DNA of 64,000 bases from Candidatus Hecatella orcuttiae (GTDB lineage Archaea > Thermoproteota > Bathyarchaeia > Hecatellales > Hecatellaceae), in NCBI GenBank assembly GCA_002011035.2, contig MTLY02000001.1, positions 471,546 through 535,545 of the forward strand. Direction: 5' to 3'. The notes beneath the pieces are model-generated. The model was not told the DNA's origin, searched no databases, and was given only the letters and a program-made list of their open reading frames with translations. Below are positions 18,601 through 28,013 of this stretch, piece after piece. Numbering within the stretch: position 1 is the stretch's first letter; the number at the start of each line of letters is the position of its first letter. Both the position numbers and the translations under genes were made by a program.

Positions 18601-18752
18601 AAATTCTTCTAGGCTAGCACATTTTTGCTCTAGAATATTTATGCACATATAGTTTTGCTGAAACGTTTAAATTCCAGAAAAACTTATACGTTGAAGCCTG
18701 CAAAAACCGTAAAAGGCTGGAAAACATCTAAAAAAAGCTCAGTGAAAGATAA

Positions 18753-19466
18753 ATGGGTAAACGGTTGAGGGTTCAAAGAAGGGGAAGAGGCACCCCCACC
18801 TTCCGAGCTGCCACCCTAAGGAGAGTAGCGCCAGCCCGCTATCCGCCCTTCGCAGCCCTAACCCAAGAGGGCATGAGAGCGCGGGTGGAGCGAATCCTTC
18901 ACGACCCTGGCAGAGGCGCTCCTTTGGCTTTAATCCGCTGCGAAGACGGCAGAACCTTCTACAATATCGCTGGAGAAGGCCTGTATGAGGGGAAGGAAAT
19001 CCGGATAGGGGGAGCAGCCTCCTTGGAGGTGGGAAACATCGTGCCCTTAGCCCAAGTCCCCGAAGGCTCCACGGTTTACAACGTGGAAAAGCAGCCCGCC
19101 GATGGGGGGAAGTTTGCTAGGTCCTCCGGCAGCCATGCCACGGTCATCGCTCACACTCCCGCGGGAACCACCCTCAGACTGGCTTCGGGGAAGGTCATCA
19201 CCGTCCACAGCAGCAGCCTAGCCACCATAGGAGTTGCGGCTGCGGGGGGGAGAACGGAGAAGCCCTTCATGAAGGCGGGTGAAAAATACTACCTCATGAG
19301 AGCCCGGGGGCGGAAGTATCCCCTGACCAAAAGCAACAGAATGATCGCTGCTCTCCGCCGTATGCCCGGCTCCGTTCCTCGGACGGCTCCGCCGGGGCAG
19401 AAGGTGGGGCTCATCGCCCCTAGGAAGACCGGCCGGGGCAGAAAGGCTAGGGTTAAATTTGCCTGA
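18753..19466 (+). CDS. rpl2: 50S ribosomal protein uL2 (lacks the HPxGGG loop)
   Basis: MGKRLRVQRRGRG, HDPGRGAPLA, DGGKFARSSG and APPGQKVGLIA motifs. Confidence 0.97.
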   Translation: MGKRLRVQRRGRGTPTFRAATLRRVAPARYPPFAALTQEGMRARVERILHDPGRGAPLALIRCEDGRTFYNIAGEGLYEGKEIRIGGAASLEVGNIVPLAQVPEGSTVYNVEKQPADGGKFARSSGSHATVIAHTPAGTTLRLASGKVITVHSSSLATIGVAAAGGRTEKPFMKAGEKYYLMRARGRKYPLTKSNRMIAALRRMPGSVPRTAPPGQKVGLIAPRKTGRGRKARVKFA

Positions 19467-19483
19467 GGCGCCAAGCCGGGTGG

Positions 19484-19495
19484 GAAAAGCTTAAA
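19484..19495 (+). promoter_or_regulatory. Putative BRE/TATA promoter of rps19
   Basis: GAAAAGCTTAAA about 40 nt before the ATG. Confidence 0.4.
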
Positions 19496-19537
19496 GCAGG
19501 CTGGGCAATGATGCGTATGGTGGATGGTTGACGAAGG

Positions 19538-19945
19538 ATGCCTAGGGAATTTCGTTATAGAGGCTACACATTGGAGCAGCTACAGCAGATGCCCATGGAC
19601 AACTTCGTCGCTCTGCTACCTTCTAAGGCTCGGAGAAAACTGCTGAGAGGTCTTTCCCCTGAGAACAGGAAACTGCTGGAGGCCATCCGTAACCTTAAAA
19701 GGGCTGGGAAAGCCTCTGGAGGAGCGCCCCTCTTGAAGACTCACTGCCGGGACATGGTCATCCTCCCCGAGATGGTGGGGGTAACCATAGCGGTTCACAA
19801 CGGAAAAGAATTCGTCCCCGTGGAGATCAAGCCGGAGATGGTGGGACATCTTCTAGGCGAGTTCGCCGTCACCATCAAGAAGGTTGTCCACGGAAACCCC
19901 GGCATCGGAGCCAGCCGGAGTTCCATGTATGTGCCTTTAAAGTAA
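19538..19945 (+). CDS. rps19: 30S ribosomal protein uS19
   Basis: [27 protein letters not shown] and [18 protein letters not shown] motifs. Confidence 0.98.
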   Translation: MPREFRYRGYTLEQLQQMPMDNFVALLPSKARRKLLRGLSPENRKLLEAIRNLKRAGKASGGAPLLKTHCRDMVILPEMVGVTIAVHNGKEFVPVEIKPEMVGHLLGEFAVTIKKVVHGNPGIGASRSSMYVPLK

Positions 19946-21316
19946 GGCCGATGAGACCCCTCGGCTTTCCCTCTCAGACCTTGTTTTTTCGACGGCGAGC
20001 TCCACCTGCTCCACCGCCGTCCCTAGGTAGGCGTTGGGGTCTAGGGCTCTGTTTATCTCCTCCTCGCTGAGGCGGCTTCTCACCTGCTCGTCGGCTAGGA
20101 CGATTTCCTTTAAGGGTTTTTTCTCCGCCCAGCTCTTCATAACCAAACCTCGGAGGACACGGTGGGCTTCCTGTCTTCCCAGCCCCTTTTTGGTTAAGGC
20201 CAGCATGAGGGACTCAGACATGATCCTTCCCTGGGTGAGGTTCAGGTTTTCCAACATTCTCTCTTCATTCACCTTCAAGCCTTTCAAGACTTGGCAGATG
20301 AGGCTGAGCATGTAGTCGAGGGTGATGAAGGCGGTGGGCAGCAGAAACCTCTCCGCCGAGGAGTTGGTCAAGTCCCGCTCCTGCCAGCTGGGTATGTTCT
20401 CCAACGCCGGCACCACTAAGCCCCTCATCAGCTTGGCCAAGCCGCAGACTCTCTCCGAATGAATGGGGTTAACCTTGTGGGGCATCGTCGAACTTCCCAC
20501 CTGTCTTCCCACGTCGAAGGGCTCCTGCAGCTCCCCTATCTCCGTCCTCTGCAGCTCCCGGATTTCAGCGGCGAACTTGTCGAGGCTGGAGGCAACCAAG
20601 GCTAGGAGGCAGATGAGCTCAGCGTACCGGTCCCTTTGAACTATTTGGGTGGAGGCCTCCACGGGGTGAAGCCCCAAGCGTTCCATGGTCAGCTTCTGAA
20701 CGGTTAAACCTTCAGGGCCGAAGCCTGCCTGGGTTCCCACCGCCCCGGTGAGCTTCCCCACCAAGAACCTTTTCCGCCCTTCCCTCAGCCTTTGGATGTG
20801 GCGGGATACCTCCCTCAACCAGACGGCGAACTTCAACCCCAAGGTCATGGGGAGTGCGTGCTGTCCATGGGTTCTGCCCACCATCAAGGTTTTCCTATGC
20901 TTCCAGCTGAGCTCCAACAGAACTCCTTCCAACATGTTGAGCTTCGATTCCAAGACAACCAAGGCTTCTTTAAACTGGAGACCTGTGGCGGTGTCGAGGA
21001 TGTCGCTGCTGGTGGCTCCGTAGTGGACGTAGCCTCCGTCTTCCCCGCAGACTTCAGCTAAAGCCTCCACCACGGCCATGATGTCATGCTTGATGGTTTT
21101 CTCGATTTCCTTCACCCTCTCCAGCTTCACATAGCGGGTGGAGGCTTTTTCCCCGATTTTCTCAGCTGCCTTTTTGGGGATGACGCCTACCTCGGTGAGG
21201 GCCCAGGCCAAGGCGGCTTCCACCTCCAGCATCTTCTGAAGCCGGGCTTCTTCTTCGAAGATCCGCCTCATCTCCGGGGTGCCATATCTCCCTGTGTCGA
21301 TGGGTAGAATGGGCAA
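19937..21316 (-). CDS. purB: Adenylosuccinate lyase
   Basis: [19 protein letters not shown] and [11 protein letters not shown] signature. Confidence 0.96.
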   Translation of the reverse strand: MPILPIDTGRYGTPEMRRIFEEEARLQKMLEVEAALAWALTEVGVIPKKAAEKIGEKASTRYVKLERVKEIEKTIKHDIMAVVEALAEVCGEDGGYVHYGATSSDILDTATGLQFKEALVVLESKLNMLEGVLLELSWKHRKTLMVGRTHGQHALPMTLGLKFAVWLREVSRHIQRLREGRKRFLVGKLTGAVGTQAGFGPEGLTVQKLTMERLGLHPVEASTQIVQRDRYAELICLLALVASSLDKFAAEIRELQRTEIGELQEPFDVGRQVGSSTMPHKVNPIHSERVCGLAKLMRGLVVPALENIPSWQERDLTNSSAERFLLPTAFITLDYMLSLICQVLKGLKVNEERMLENLNLTQGRIMSESLMLALTKKGLGRQEAHRVLRGLVMKSWAEKKPLKEIVLADEQVRSRLSEEEINRALDPNAYLGTAVEQVELAVEKTRSERESRGVSSALL

Positions 21317-21482
21317 TTTCTCTATCTCCCTCTCACACCTAAGCTAGGTGGGAGAGGAGAGAATAAAAATTTACTGTCTGAGGAACAGTGGTTCTGAGCG
21401 TAGTTAACCTCGGCTTTTCTGTTAAGAAAATTTTTTATTAACTTCATTCTCTCCGTGGTTGTAGAGGTTAGGTGGTCATGAA

Positions 21483-21989
21483 GTGGGAGTCGGAGGGAAG
21501 AAGTTCTCCAAAGTTAGGACCATTAATCAAATAATCGATCACTGGATTAGGCTTGAACACTATACGAAAGAGGAATACAGCTTCTTAGCTGAGGGGACGA
21601 AGAACCCCCATGCAAGGATTGTTTTCACCAGATTAGCTTGCGCGGGAGAGTGTCACGCCAACATTCTTAAACATGTGAAAAACATCCTAGCCAAGGAAGG
21701 GGAAAACTTTCAGCCTGTAAAGGCTTTCCATCTCACCGACATCCCCACGCCTGGAAAGAAACAGGGGTACCCCACAGAGGTAGAGGAAACTTACCATGCC
21801 ATTAAAGGCCACGTCAAACTTGAACAGGAAATGGAACGAGGATACACAAGGATAAGGCCCAAGATTCGAAGTCGGAAGGCTAAAACCCTCTTCCAAGTGC
21901 TGGCCGAAGAAGAAAAACAACACCACCAACAACTTCTCGCCTTGATCCAAGTATTCGAAAAGATATACAAGAGTCTTCTAAAAAAGTAG
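21483..21989 (+). CDS. Ferritin-like/rubrerythrin-domain protein
   Basis: Two E...Y...F..LA..E..H helical repeats. Confidence 0.7.
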   Translation: MGVGGKKFSKVRTINQIIDHWIRLEHYTKEEYSFLAEGTKNPHARIVFTRLACAGECHANILKHVKNILAKEGENFQPVKAFHLTDIPTPGKKQGYPTEVEETYHAIKGHVKLEQEMERGYTRIRPKIRSRKAKTLFQVLAEEEKQHHQQLLALIQVFEKIYKSLLKK

Positions 21990-22015
21990 ATGTAACGCCA
22001 AAAACCCCTCCCTAC

Positions 22016-23107
22016 CTAAGAGGCTAGGTTAGTGAAGCCCAGCTTTCGCGCGTAATCTACCACAGAGCGGAATTCTTGCCCTCTAAGCCTGCGCCGGAGC
22101 TCCGGGACTTCGTCGGCTCTCCACTCGGGGCGGTACTGGTCCATGATGTTCACTCTGATCCATGTCCCCAAATTCTCCGCCATCCACTCGAGGATGGGTT
22201 TGGCGCAGCATTCTCCATGCTCTGGGAGGATGAGCATCCGCACTATCAGCTCCCCATTTTTCAGGGCGCTGAGATGGTTCTGTGTAGCCGCTTCCCAGTA
22301 GCCTTGACAGCCGGAGATTCTCTCCGCGCAAGCGTCGTTGCCGTATTTGAAGTCGAGGAGGTAGACGTCGGCGAAGCCCGCGAGCAGCAGGGCTGTGGCT
22401 TGGCTGTAGTAGGAGTTGCTGTTCCAGACCACGGGAACATTGACCTGAACTTTCCTGAAGGCTTCCAGCCACTGCGCCAGCCAGGGGGTAGGCTCCCCGC
22501 CTACTAGGTTGGCGTTTCTACACCCCCCACGCCTCAGCCACTCCACCACGTCGGCGAGCATAGCTGGTGTGTAGGTTTCCCCCTTTTCCACCCACTGGGA
22601 TATGGTCCAGTTCTGGCAGTGGAGACACTGGAGAGTGCAGCCGAGGGTGAAGATGGTGCCGGAGGGGATGAGTTCAGGCTCCTCTCCCATGTGGGCGAAG
22701 TAGGAGGAAACCGCAGGCTGGGTTCCGCAGAGGCATGTTCCCCGTTTCCCCTGAAGCCGGTTGACCCCGCAGTTCCTCCTACAAAAATGGCAGTGTTGAA
22801 GAATCCGCTTGGCTATCTCCACTTTTAAATCCATGTAGGAAAGAGACGGCTGGGGAAGCTCCTCCAACCTCACCTTTCCAGCATCCAACCGCCCCTCCAA
22901 CCGACGGTACTCCTCCGTCAGTTTTTCATGAAGCCGCCAAAGGTTTTCCAGCGAGTCTTGGGGGGCGAAGGAAGCCTCCAACCGCTTGGCTATCTGGAAC
23001 TTGGCATGCTTCAGGTTGTCGGAGACATCGAAGTACCTAGCCAAACTAGCCCGGCATTTCTCATCCTGCAACACGGCCACGGCGTCAGGCCTCATCAGAC
23101 GCCACAT
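22016..23107 (-). CDS. PflX-like radical SAM protein
   Basis: CHFCRRNCGVNR, HMGEEPEL.PSGTIF, CTLQCLHCQNW.ISQ, DFKYGN and MDQYRP motifs. Confidence 0.9.
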   Translation of the reverse strand: MWRLMRPDAVAVLQDEKCRASLARYFDVSDNLKHAKFQIAKRLEASFAPQDSLENLWRLHEKLTEEYRRLEGRLDAGKVRLEELPQPSLSYMDLKVEIAKRILQHCHFCRRNCGVNRLQGKRGTCLCGTQPAVSSYFAHMGEEPELIPSGTIFTLGCTLQCLHCQNWTISQWVEKGETYTPAMLADVVEWLRRGGCRNANLVGGEPTPWLAQWLEAFRKVQVNVPVVWNSNSYYSQATALLLAGFADVYLLDFKYGNDACAERISGCQGYWEAATQNHLSALKNGELIVRMLILPEHGECCAKPILEWMAENLGTWIRVNIMDQYRPEWRADEVPELRRRLRGQEFRSVVDYARKLGFTNLAS

Positions 23108-23269
23108 TTCTAACTCTTTCCACCTTCATGGTAAAAGAAAGAGGGAGAAACTCATAAATGTAACACCTTGCGGTTTGTCCCCACCTGTCACTCTCCCCTC
23201 CCAGCTTGGGAAATCAAACTGAAGCAAAAAACTTAAGCTCGAAGGGAACCTATCCGAAGTGAAAAGAAA

Positions 23270-25348
23270 ATGGGAAAGGTATTAAAAGCTGGATTAGGCC
23301 TCCTCGTCGCCTTGATGATTTTCGGAGCCATAGGGGTCTTCCTCACACCTGAACCCACTCCGACCCCCATGCCCACCCCAGCTCCTGCGTTCACCCCTAC
23401 ACCAACCCCTACACCCCTACCAGAGGCGGCTGCCACGCCCACCCCGACGCCTACACCTACGCCTTCACCTTCTCCACCTGAGGAGGCCTTCAGCTACGCC
23501 GTCTATTTCACACCCGACAGCCAAGTTGACGATTACCTTGTGTCGTTGATCGAGGGAGCTCAAAGCTCAGTTTACGCAGCCTTCTACGACCTCGACCTAG
23601 TCAACGTGGGGGAGGCGCTTCTGGAGGCTGAAAAGAGGGGGGTCGACGTTAAGGTTGTAACCGACACCGACAACATGGCTAACCCTGAAATCGCTGAACT
23701 GGTTACTTCAGGCTTAGTGCGAGGAGACGACGACCCTGACTTCATGCACAACAAATTCATGGTAGTTGACGGAAGGCTTGTGTGGACGGGTTCGATGAAC
23801 CCCACGTTCAACGGCGTCCACAAAAACAACAACAACGTGGTGGTCATCTCAGGCCTGCCTCAGCTTGCCGAAAACTACGTGGACGAATTCACCGAGTTAT
23901 GGAGCGGAGTCTTTGGAGGAGGTTCACCGGTTTTATACCCGGAGATAACTGTCTCAGACGAATTCATCATCGAAGTCTACTTTGCACCTGAAGACGATGT
24001 GGAAAATCAGATCATCGAAGAGCTGCAGAAGGCCGAGGAAAGCATCTATTTTGCAGTCTTCACCTTCACCAGCAAACCCATAGGAAACGTCCTTCTAGAG
24101 AAACATAAGGAAGGCGTAACCGTCCAAGGCATATACGAAAGTTTTCAAGCTGGACAATACAGCACCTACTCGATGCTCAGGGAAGCAGGAGTGCCGGTGG
24201 TCAAGGACCGGAACCCTGCGGTGATGCACCACAAATTTTTTGTAATCGACAACCGAACCGTCATCACCGGGTCCTTCAACCCCACCAAACATGCTAACCG
24301 AGACAACGACGAGAACATTCTGATCCTGCACAACTCGGCTGTGGCCAGCCTTTTCGCCTTGGAATTTAAGCAGATGTGGACTGAATGGTACACTCCACCA
24401 AGCCCAGAGCTAGAGCCCAGTCCCAGCCGGGAACTTGTCGAATACGTCCTTACTCTCATCAACCGAGATAGAAGCGACCACGGGCTTCCCCCCGTGAAGC
24501 TGGGAACCAACCTCGCTGCCCAAGCACATGCCGAGGACATGCTGGAAAACCTGTACTTCTCCCACTGGGATATGAACGGAACCAAACCCTATGTGAGGTA
24601 CACGCAACACGGCGGGTTGGGGTTTGTTTCCCAGAACATAGCCTTCTCGGGTTTCCTCTACGAGGAGCCCTTAGCCGCGCCCTTGGATGTCAGGGAAACC
24701 TTGGAGGAGCTGGAATACGGCATGATGTACGAGGATGCGGAATGGAACTGGGGACACAGGGACAACATACTGGGCCGGTGGCATACCCACGTAAACATCG
24801 GAATAGCCTACGACAGAACCCATGTGTTTCTGGTTCAAGACTTCGAAGACAACCACATCGTATGGACTCAGCCTCCCAGCTACGACGACGGAATCCTTTC
24901 GCTTGAAGGCACAACCCTGCTGGGGGAAGTGTACGTAATAGCCCTTTACTACGACCCTCCCCCGAGGCCTTTAACCCGGGAGCAACTGGCGGAGCCGCCG
25001 TACAGTGGAGGATACGGGCTGGGCGAGGAGGTTGGCTACATCCTTGAAAGCTCCTACTCCGTGGAGGGCTCAGCCTACGTTCACGCCTCCCAATGGGTGG
25101 TGGAAGACGGCTTCTTCGACATCGTCGCAGACATTAAACCGCTGATGACTCGGGGAGAAGGCTTCTACACTGTTGTAGTTTGGGCTGAAGTGGAAGATGA
25201 GTACATCCCTTTAACCTGCTATTCGATACTCGTCGAATCCGCCGACACAGCCTCCACCCCGGCATCCAATATCAGCTTAACGATGAGGATGAAGCTAAAC
25301 CTAGCCGAGATCAGCTTGACAGAGGATGGACTATCAACCGCATCTTAG
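23270..25348 (+). CDS. Membrane-anchored phospholipase D/nuclease (two HKD motifs) fused to a CAP/SCP domain
   Basis: N-terminal TM and PT linker; HNKFMVVD and HHKFFVID; INRDR..HGL, AQAHAEDM, YFSHW and GHRDNIL. Confidence 0.85.
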   Translation: MGKVLKAGLGLLVALMIFGAIGVFLTPEPTPTPMPTPAPAFTPTPTPTPLPEAAATPTPTPTPTPSPSPPEEAFSYAVYFTPDSQVDDYLVSLIEGAQSSVYAAFYDLDLVNVGEALLEAEKRGVDVKVVTDTDNMANPEIAELVTSGLVRGDDDPDFMHNKFMVVDGRLVWTGSMNPTFNGVHKNNNNVVVISGLPQLAENYVDEFTELWSGVFGGGSPVLYPEITVSDEFIIEVYFAPEDDVENQIIEELQKAEESIYFAVFTFTSKPIGNVLLEKHKEGVTVQGIYESFQAGQYSTYSMLREAGVPVVKDRNPAVMHHKFFVIDNRTVITGSFNPTKHANRDNDENILILHNSAVASLFALEFKQMWTEWYTPPSPELEPSPSRELVEYVLTLINRDRSDHGLPPVKLGTNLAAQAHAEDMLENLYFSHWDMNGTKPYVRYTQHGGLGFVSQNIAFSGFLYEEPLAAPLDVRETLEELEYGMMYEDAEWNWGHRDNILGRWHTHVNIGIAYDRTHVFLVQDFEDNHIVWTQPPSYDDGILSLEGTTLLGEVYVIALYYDPPPRPLTREQLAEPPYSGGYGLGEEVGYILESSYSVEGSAYVHASQWVVEDGFFDIVADIKPLMTRGEGFYTVVVWAEVEDEYIPLTCYSILVESADTASTPASNISLTMRMKLNLAEISLTEDGLSTAS

Positions 25349-25389
25349 GCGTGCAGTCGCCCTTAGAGATGGTTTAGCGGCTTAATTTT

Positions 25390-25590
25390 TTATTCGGCAT
25401 TCGTTTTTCTTCTCGAGATAACCAACCCGATAACCACTATCACCATGAACGTCAAGCCGATGGCCATTAAGATGATCTGCTGCGTAATTATTCCGGCGAT
25501 CAATGCTCCGCCGCTCAAGACACTCAGTGACACCAGTATGCAACAGGCTGCTAAGACCAAGGCGGTGAGAAAAGGGGCTTTTCTGCCCAT
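25390..25590 (-). CDS. Small two-TM membrane protein
   Basis: Two hydrophobic helices; directly downstream of the MerT-HMA gene. Confidence 0.5.
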   Translation of the reverse strand: MGRKAPFLTALVLAACCILVSLSVLSGGALIAGIITQQIILMAIGLTFMVIVVIGLVISRRKTNAE

Positions 25591-25595
25591 TCATT

Positions 25596-26288
25596 TTAGT
25601 CTTCTATCGGTTTATCGGCTAGGATTTTAGCATTGTAACCCAAGGATTCGATTACATGGACTATTTCTTCTCCAGATATTTCTGCGGGATCATAGATTAC
25701 AGTGCCCTCCTCTTTCGATAAGCTGATTTTCACTTCTATAACACCGTCTTTTTGGTTTAGAGTATACCAAATGACGTAGCCGCAGCTCGGACAATACATT
25801 CCGCCTATTTTCAAAGAGAGCTGGTGGAGGCCCCTCGGATTCACTTCCCCTGAAGTAGAGGTGGGAGAAGCCGCCGGGGAGAACATGCCGTAGACGATGG
25901 GTGCAAAGGTAGGAGTGATGACGTAGACAGATAGCCCGTAGACTGTTAGCATCACGATTATAGCGGTGGCGATGAAATATTTTTCCCTCCGAAGTCCCTC
26001 CTTAGTAAAGAGGTTAATTTTACAGGCTTTGCTCTTCCTTTTCAGATGTATCAGGATGGCTGAAACCATGAAAGCCGCACTTAACCCCAAAAAGAAAGGA
26101 CTGTATTGGGATAAACTCAGCGCAAAGGGGAGCGAGGCAAACCCCATCAAGACTATGAAGAGAGGGCCGATGCAGCACAGGGAAGCTATCAAACCAGAGG
26201 CGATGCCCAAGCCTATGGGCTTCTTTCTCCCAGTTGACGGGGGATCTGGCAAGTTTAGGGTGCGTTTTGTTTGAGAATTTTCTCTCAT
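25596..26288 (-). CDS. MerT-like transporter fused to an HMA (MerP/CopZ) domain
   Basis: IASLCCIGPL in the first TM; GMYCPSC HMA motif. Confidence 0.85.
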   Translation of the reverse strand: MRENSQTKRTLNLPDPPSTGRKKPIGLGIASGLIASLCCIGPLFIVLMGFASLPFALSLSQYSPFFLGLSAAFMVSAILIHLKRKSKACKINLFTKEGLRREKYFIATAIIVMLTVYGLSVYVITPTFAPIVYGMFSPAASPTSTSGEVNPRGLHQLSLKIGGMYCPSCGYVIWYTLNQKDGVIEVKISLSKEEGTVIYDPAEISGEEIVHVIESLGYNAKILADKPIED

Positions 26289-26596
26289 TCCTTCAACACC
26301 TTACACTTCACCAAATGCTCGTAGTATTTTTCGATGTGTTTATCGATAATTTCCATGAGGGGCAAGATTGTGTTTCTGTTTAAAGAATAAACCCTCTTTC
26401 TGCCATTCCGACCTGCTTCCACAAAGCCGCAGTTTAACAGGCATTTTAAATTATGGGACACCCTGCTCTGCTCTAAGTTCAATTCCTCGCATATCTCAGA
26501 AACGCATCTTGGTTTGGCTCTGAGGAGGTGAACAATCTCCAGCCGGGTGTCATTGGATAAGGCTTTTACAAAATATTTGTATGATAATTTTGACAT
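26285..26596 (-). CDS. ArsR/SmtB-family regulator
   Basis: KALSNDTRLEIV, CVSEICEEL, QSRVSHNLKCL and GFV...G..RVYSL motifs. Confidence 0.92.
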   Translation of the reverse strand: MSKLSYKYFVKALSNDTRLEIVHLLRAKPRCVSEICEELNLEQSRVSHNLKCLLNCGFVEAGRNGRKRVYSLNRNTILPLMEIIDKHIEKYYEHLVKCKVLKE

Positions 26597-26613
26597 ATGA
26601 TAAAATTATCATA
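26580..26613. promoter_or_regulatory. Tandem palindromic operator overlapping the arsR start
   Basis: TATGATAA-AA-TTATCATA (26596-26613) plus the imperfect copy TATGATAATTTTGACATA (26580-26597). Confidence 0.65.
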
Positions 26614-26773
26614 CATCATTATTAAACCTTGCCGCCAAAACCTTACTTAACTACCTTCAAAACAGAGCGAGACTTTCAACTCCCCTCTTCAAGCTCAGCC
26701 TGGAGTTTCTTGCCTTCAAAGGTAGCGGAAGACTAATTTAAGGGGGAGAATAGCAATTTTGAACATGTAGGAG

Positions 26774-27670
26774 TTGGAGAGGATGCTCATCGTTTCAGGG
26801 CCTTCTTCTCGGAGTCTGGGAGAAAGGATTGCCCAGCTACTGGGAGTAAGAAATGTGGAGGTGGAGTCTAAGGTCTTTCCTGACGGTGAAAGCTACGTGG
26901 GGCTGAGGAATGATGTGAAAGGAGAGAAAGTCGCCGTCATCCAGTCTACCTATCCCCCTCAAGACACCCATCTGATGCAGCTGTATTTCCTACTCCAAGC
27001 CGTGGGAAGACTGGGGGCGGAGGAGGTCACGGCTGTAACCCCCTACCTAGCATACGCTCGACAGGATAAGGCCTTCAAACCCTACGAAGCCGTAAGCATA
27101 AAGGCGGTTATCCGTTGCTTAGAAGCCCTAGGCATTCGCCGTCTCATCACAGTGGACGTTCACGAGCCTAGCATCTTCGAGGACGCTGCCTTCGCTTTCC
27201 AAAACCTCTCTGCCGCCAAAGCCTTGGCAGAGTATTTCCTCAAGTTAAACCTAGGGGAGCTGTGGGCCTTCGCCCCGGACGTGAAAGCCACTAAGATGGC
27301 GGGAGAAGCAGGGGTCATCTTCAGGACACCCCACGGTTGGTTTCGGAAGGAGAGAGACAGAGATACAGGGGAAATCGCCCTAAAAAGTATCGGAGGCATC
27401 GAGGTGAAGGGGAAAACCCTCATCCTCTTCGACGATATCATCAGCAGCGGAGGCACCACGGCGGCGGCAGCGAAAAGGCTGAAGGCCTTGGGGGCTGAAA
27501 AAGTCTACGCCGCCTGCACTCACCCCCTTCTCATGGGAGAAGCCTTAAGGAAAGTCCTCCAAAGCGGAATTGAAGAGCTGGTAGGCACGGACACCGTTCC
27601 CAGCCCTGTGAGCAAGGTTTCCGTAGCGCCTCTCATCGCCCAAGCCTTGAAGAGTGAACCTGAAACCTAA
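26774..27670 (+). CDS. prs: Ribose-phosphate pyrophosphokinase
   Basis: FPDGESYV, PYLAYARQDK, DDIISSGGT and CTHP motifs. Confidence 0.95.
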   Translation: MERMLIVSGPSSRSLGERIAQLLGVRNVEVESKVFPDGESYVGLRNDVKGEKVAVIQSTYPPQDTHLMQLYFLLQAVGRLGAEEVTAVTPYLAYARQDKAFKPYEAVSIKAVIRCLEALGIRRLITVDVHEPSIFEDAAFAFQNLSAAKALAEYFLKLNLGELWAFAPDVKATKMAGEAGVIFRTPHGWFRKERDRDTGEIALKSIGGIEVKGKTLILFDDIISSGGTTAAAAKRLKALGAEKVYAACTHPLLMGEALRKVLQSGIEELVGTDTVPSPVSKVSVAPLIAQALKSEPET

Positions 27671-27930
27671 ATGAAAAAGGCTGGCAGGTCCTGAGCGTCG
27701 TCGATGAGGTAGACTAGGCCTGCTGTAAAGAAAAATTGGCCGTAGTTTTTCTCCAGCCGGATGAAGCCGACGAAAACCAGAAACAGGCCGTACATCCAAT
27801 GGTGAAGAGGGCGGTAAAACTCCGGGGGGATAAGGGGGGAAAGCTGGAAATACCAGAAAGCTAAACTGATGACAGCGAAAGAAAAACCTAGCAGAATCGA
27901 CAACAACGCCTTAGTCTTCACCTTATCCAA
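27667..27930 (-). CDS. Small membrane protein
   Basis: Hydrophobic segments, LHHWMYGL and LIDD..D. Confidence 0.55.
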   Translation of the reverse strand: MDKVKTKALLSILLGFSFAVISLAFWYFQLSPLIPPEFYRPLHHWMYGLFLVFVGFIRLEKNYGQFFFTAGLVYLIDDAQDLPAFFI

Positions 27931-28013
27931 GGCCTCTACCAGCCCAAGTGCAAGTTAATTTTTAAAGCTTCCAATAGTATATTTTCCTTCCATAAAAGGA
28001 TACTCGTGAGCCT

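Noticed and set aside
5939-18752. Island as an active mobile element or provirus
   Set aside because: No integrase, transposase, replication or capsid gene, and no terminal repeats were seen; it is treated as a decayed insertion only.
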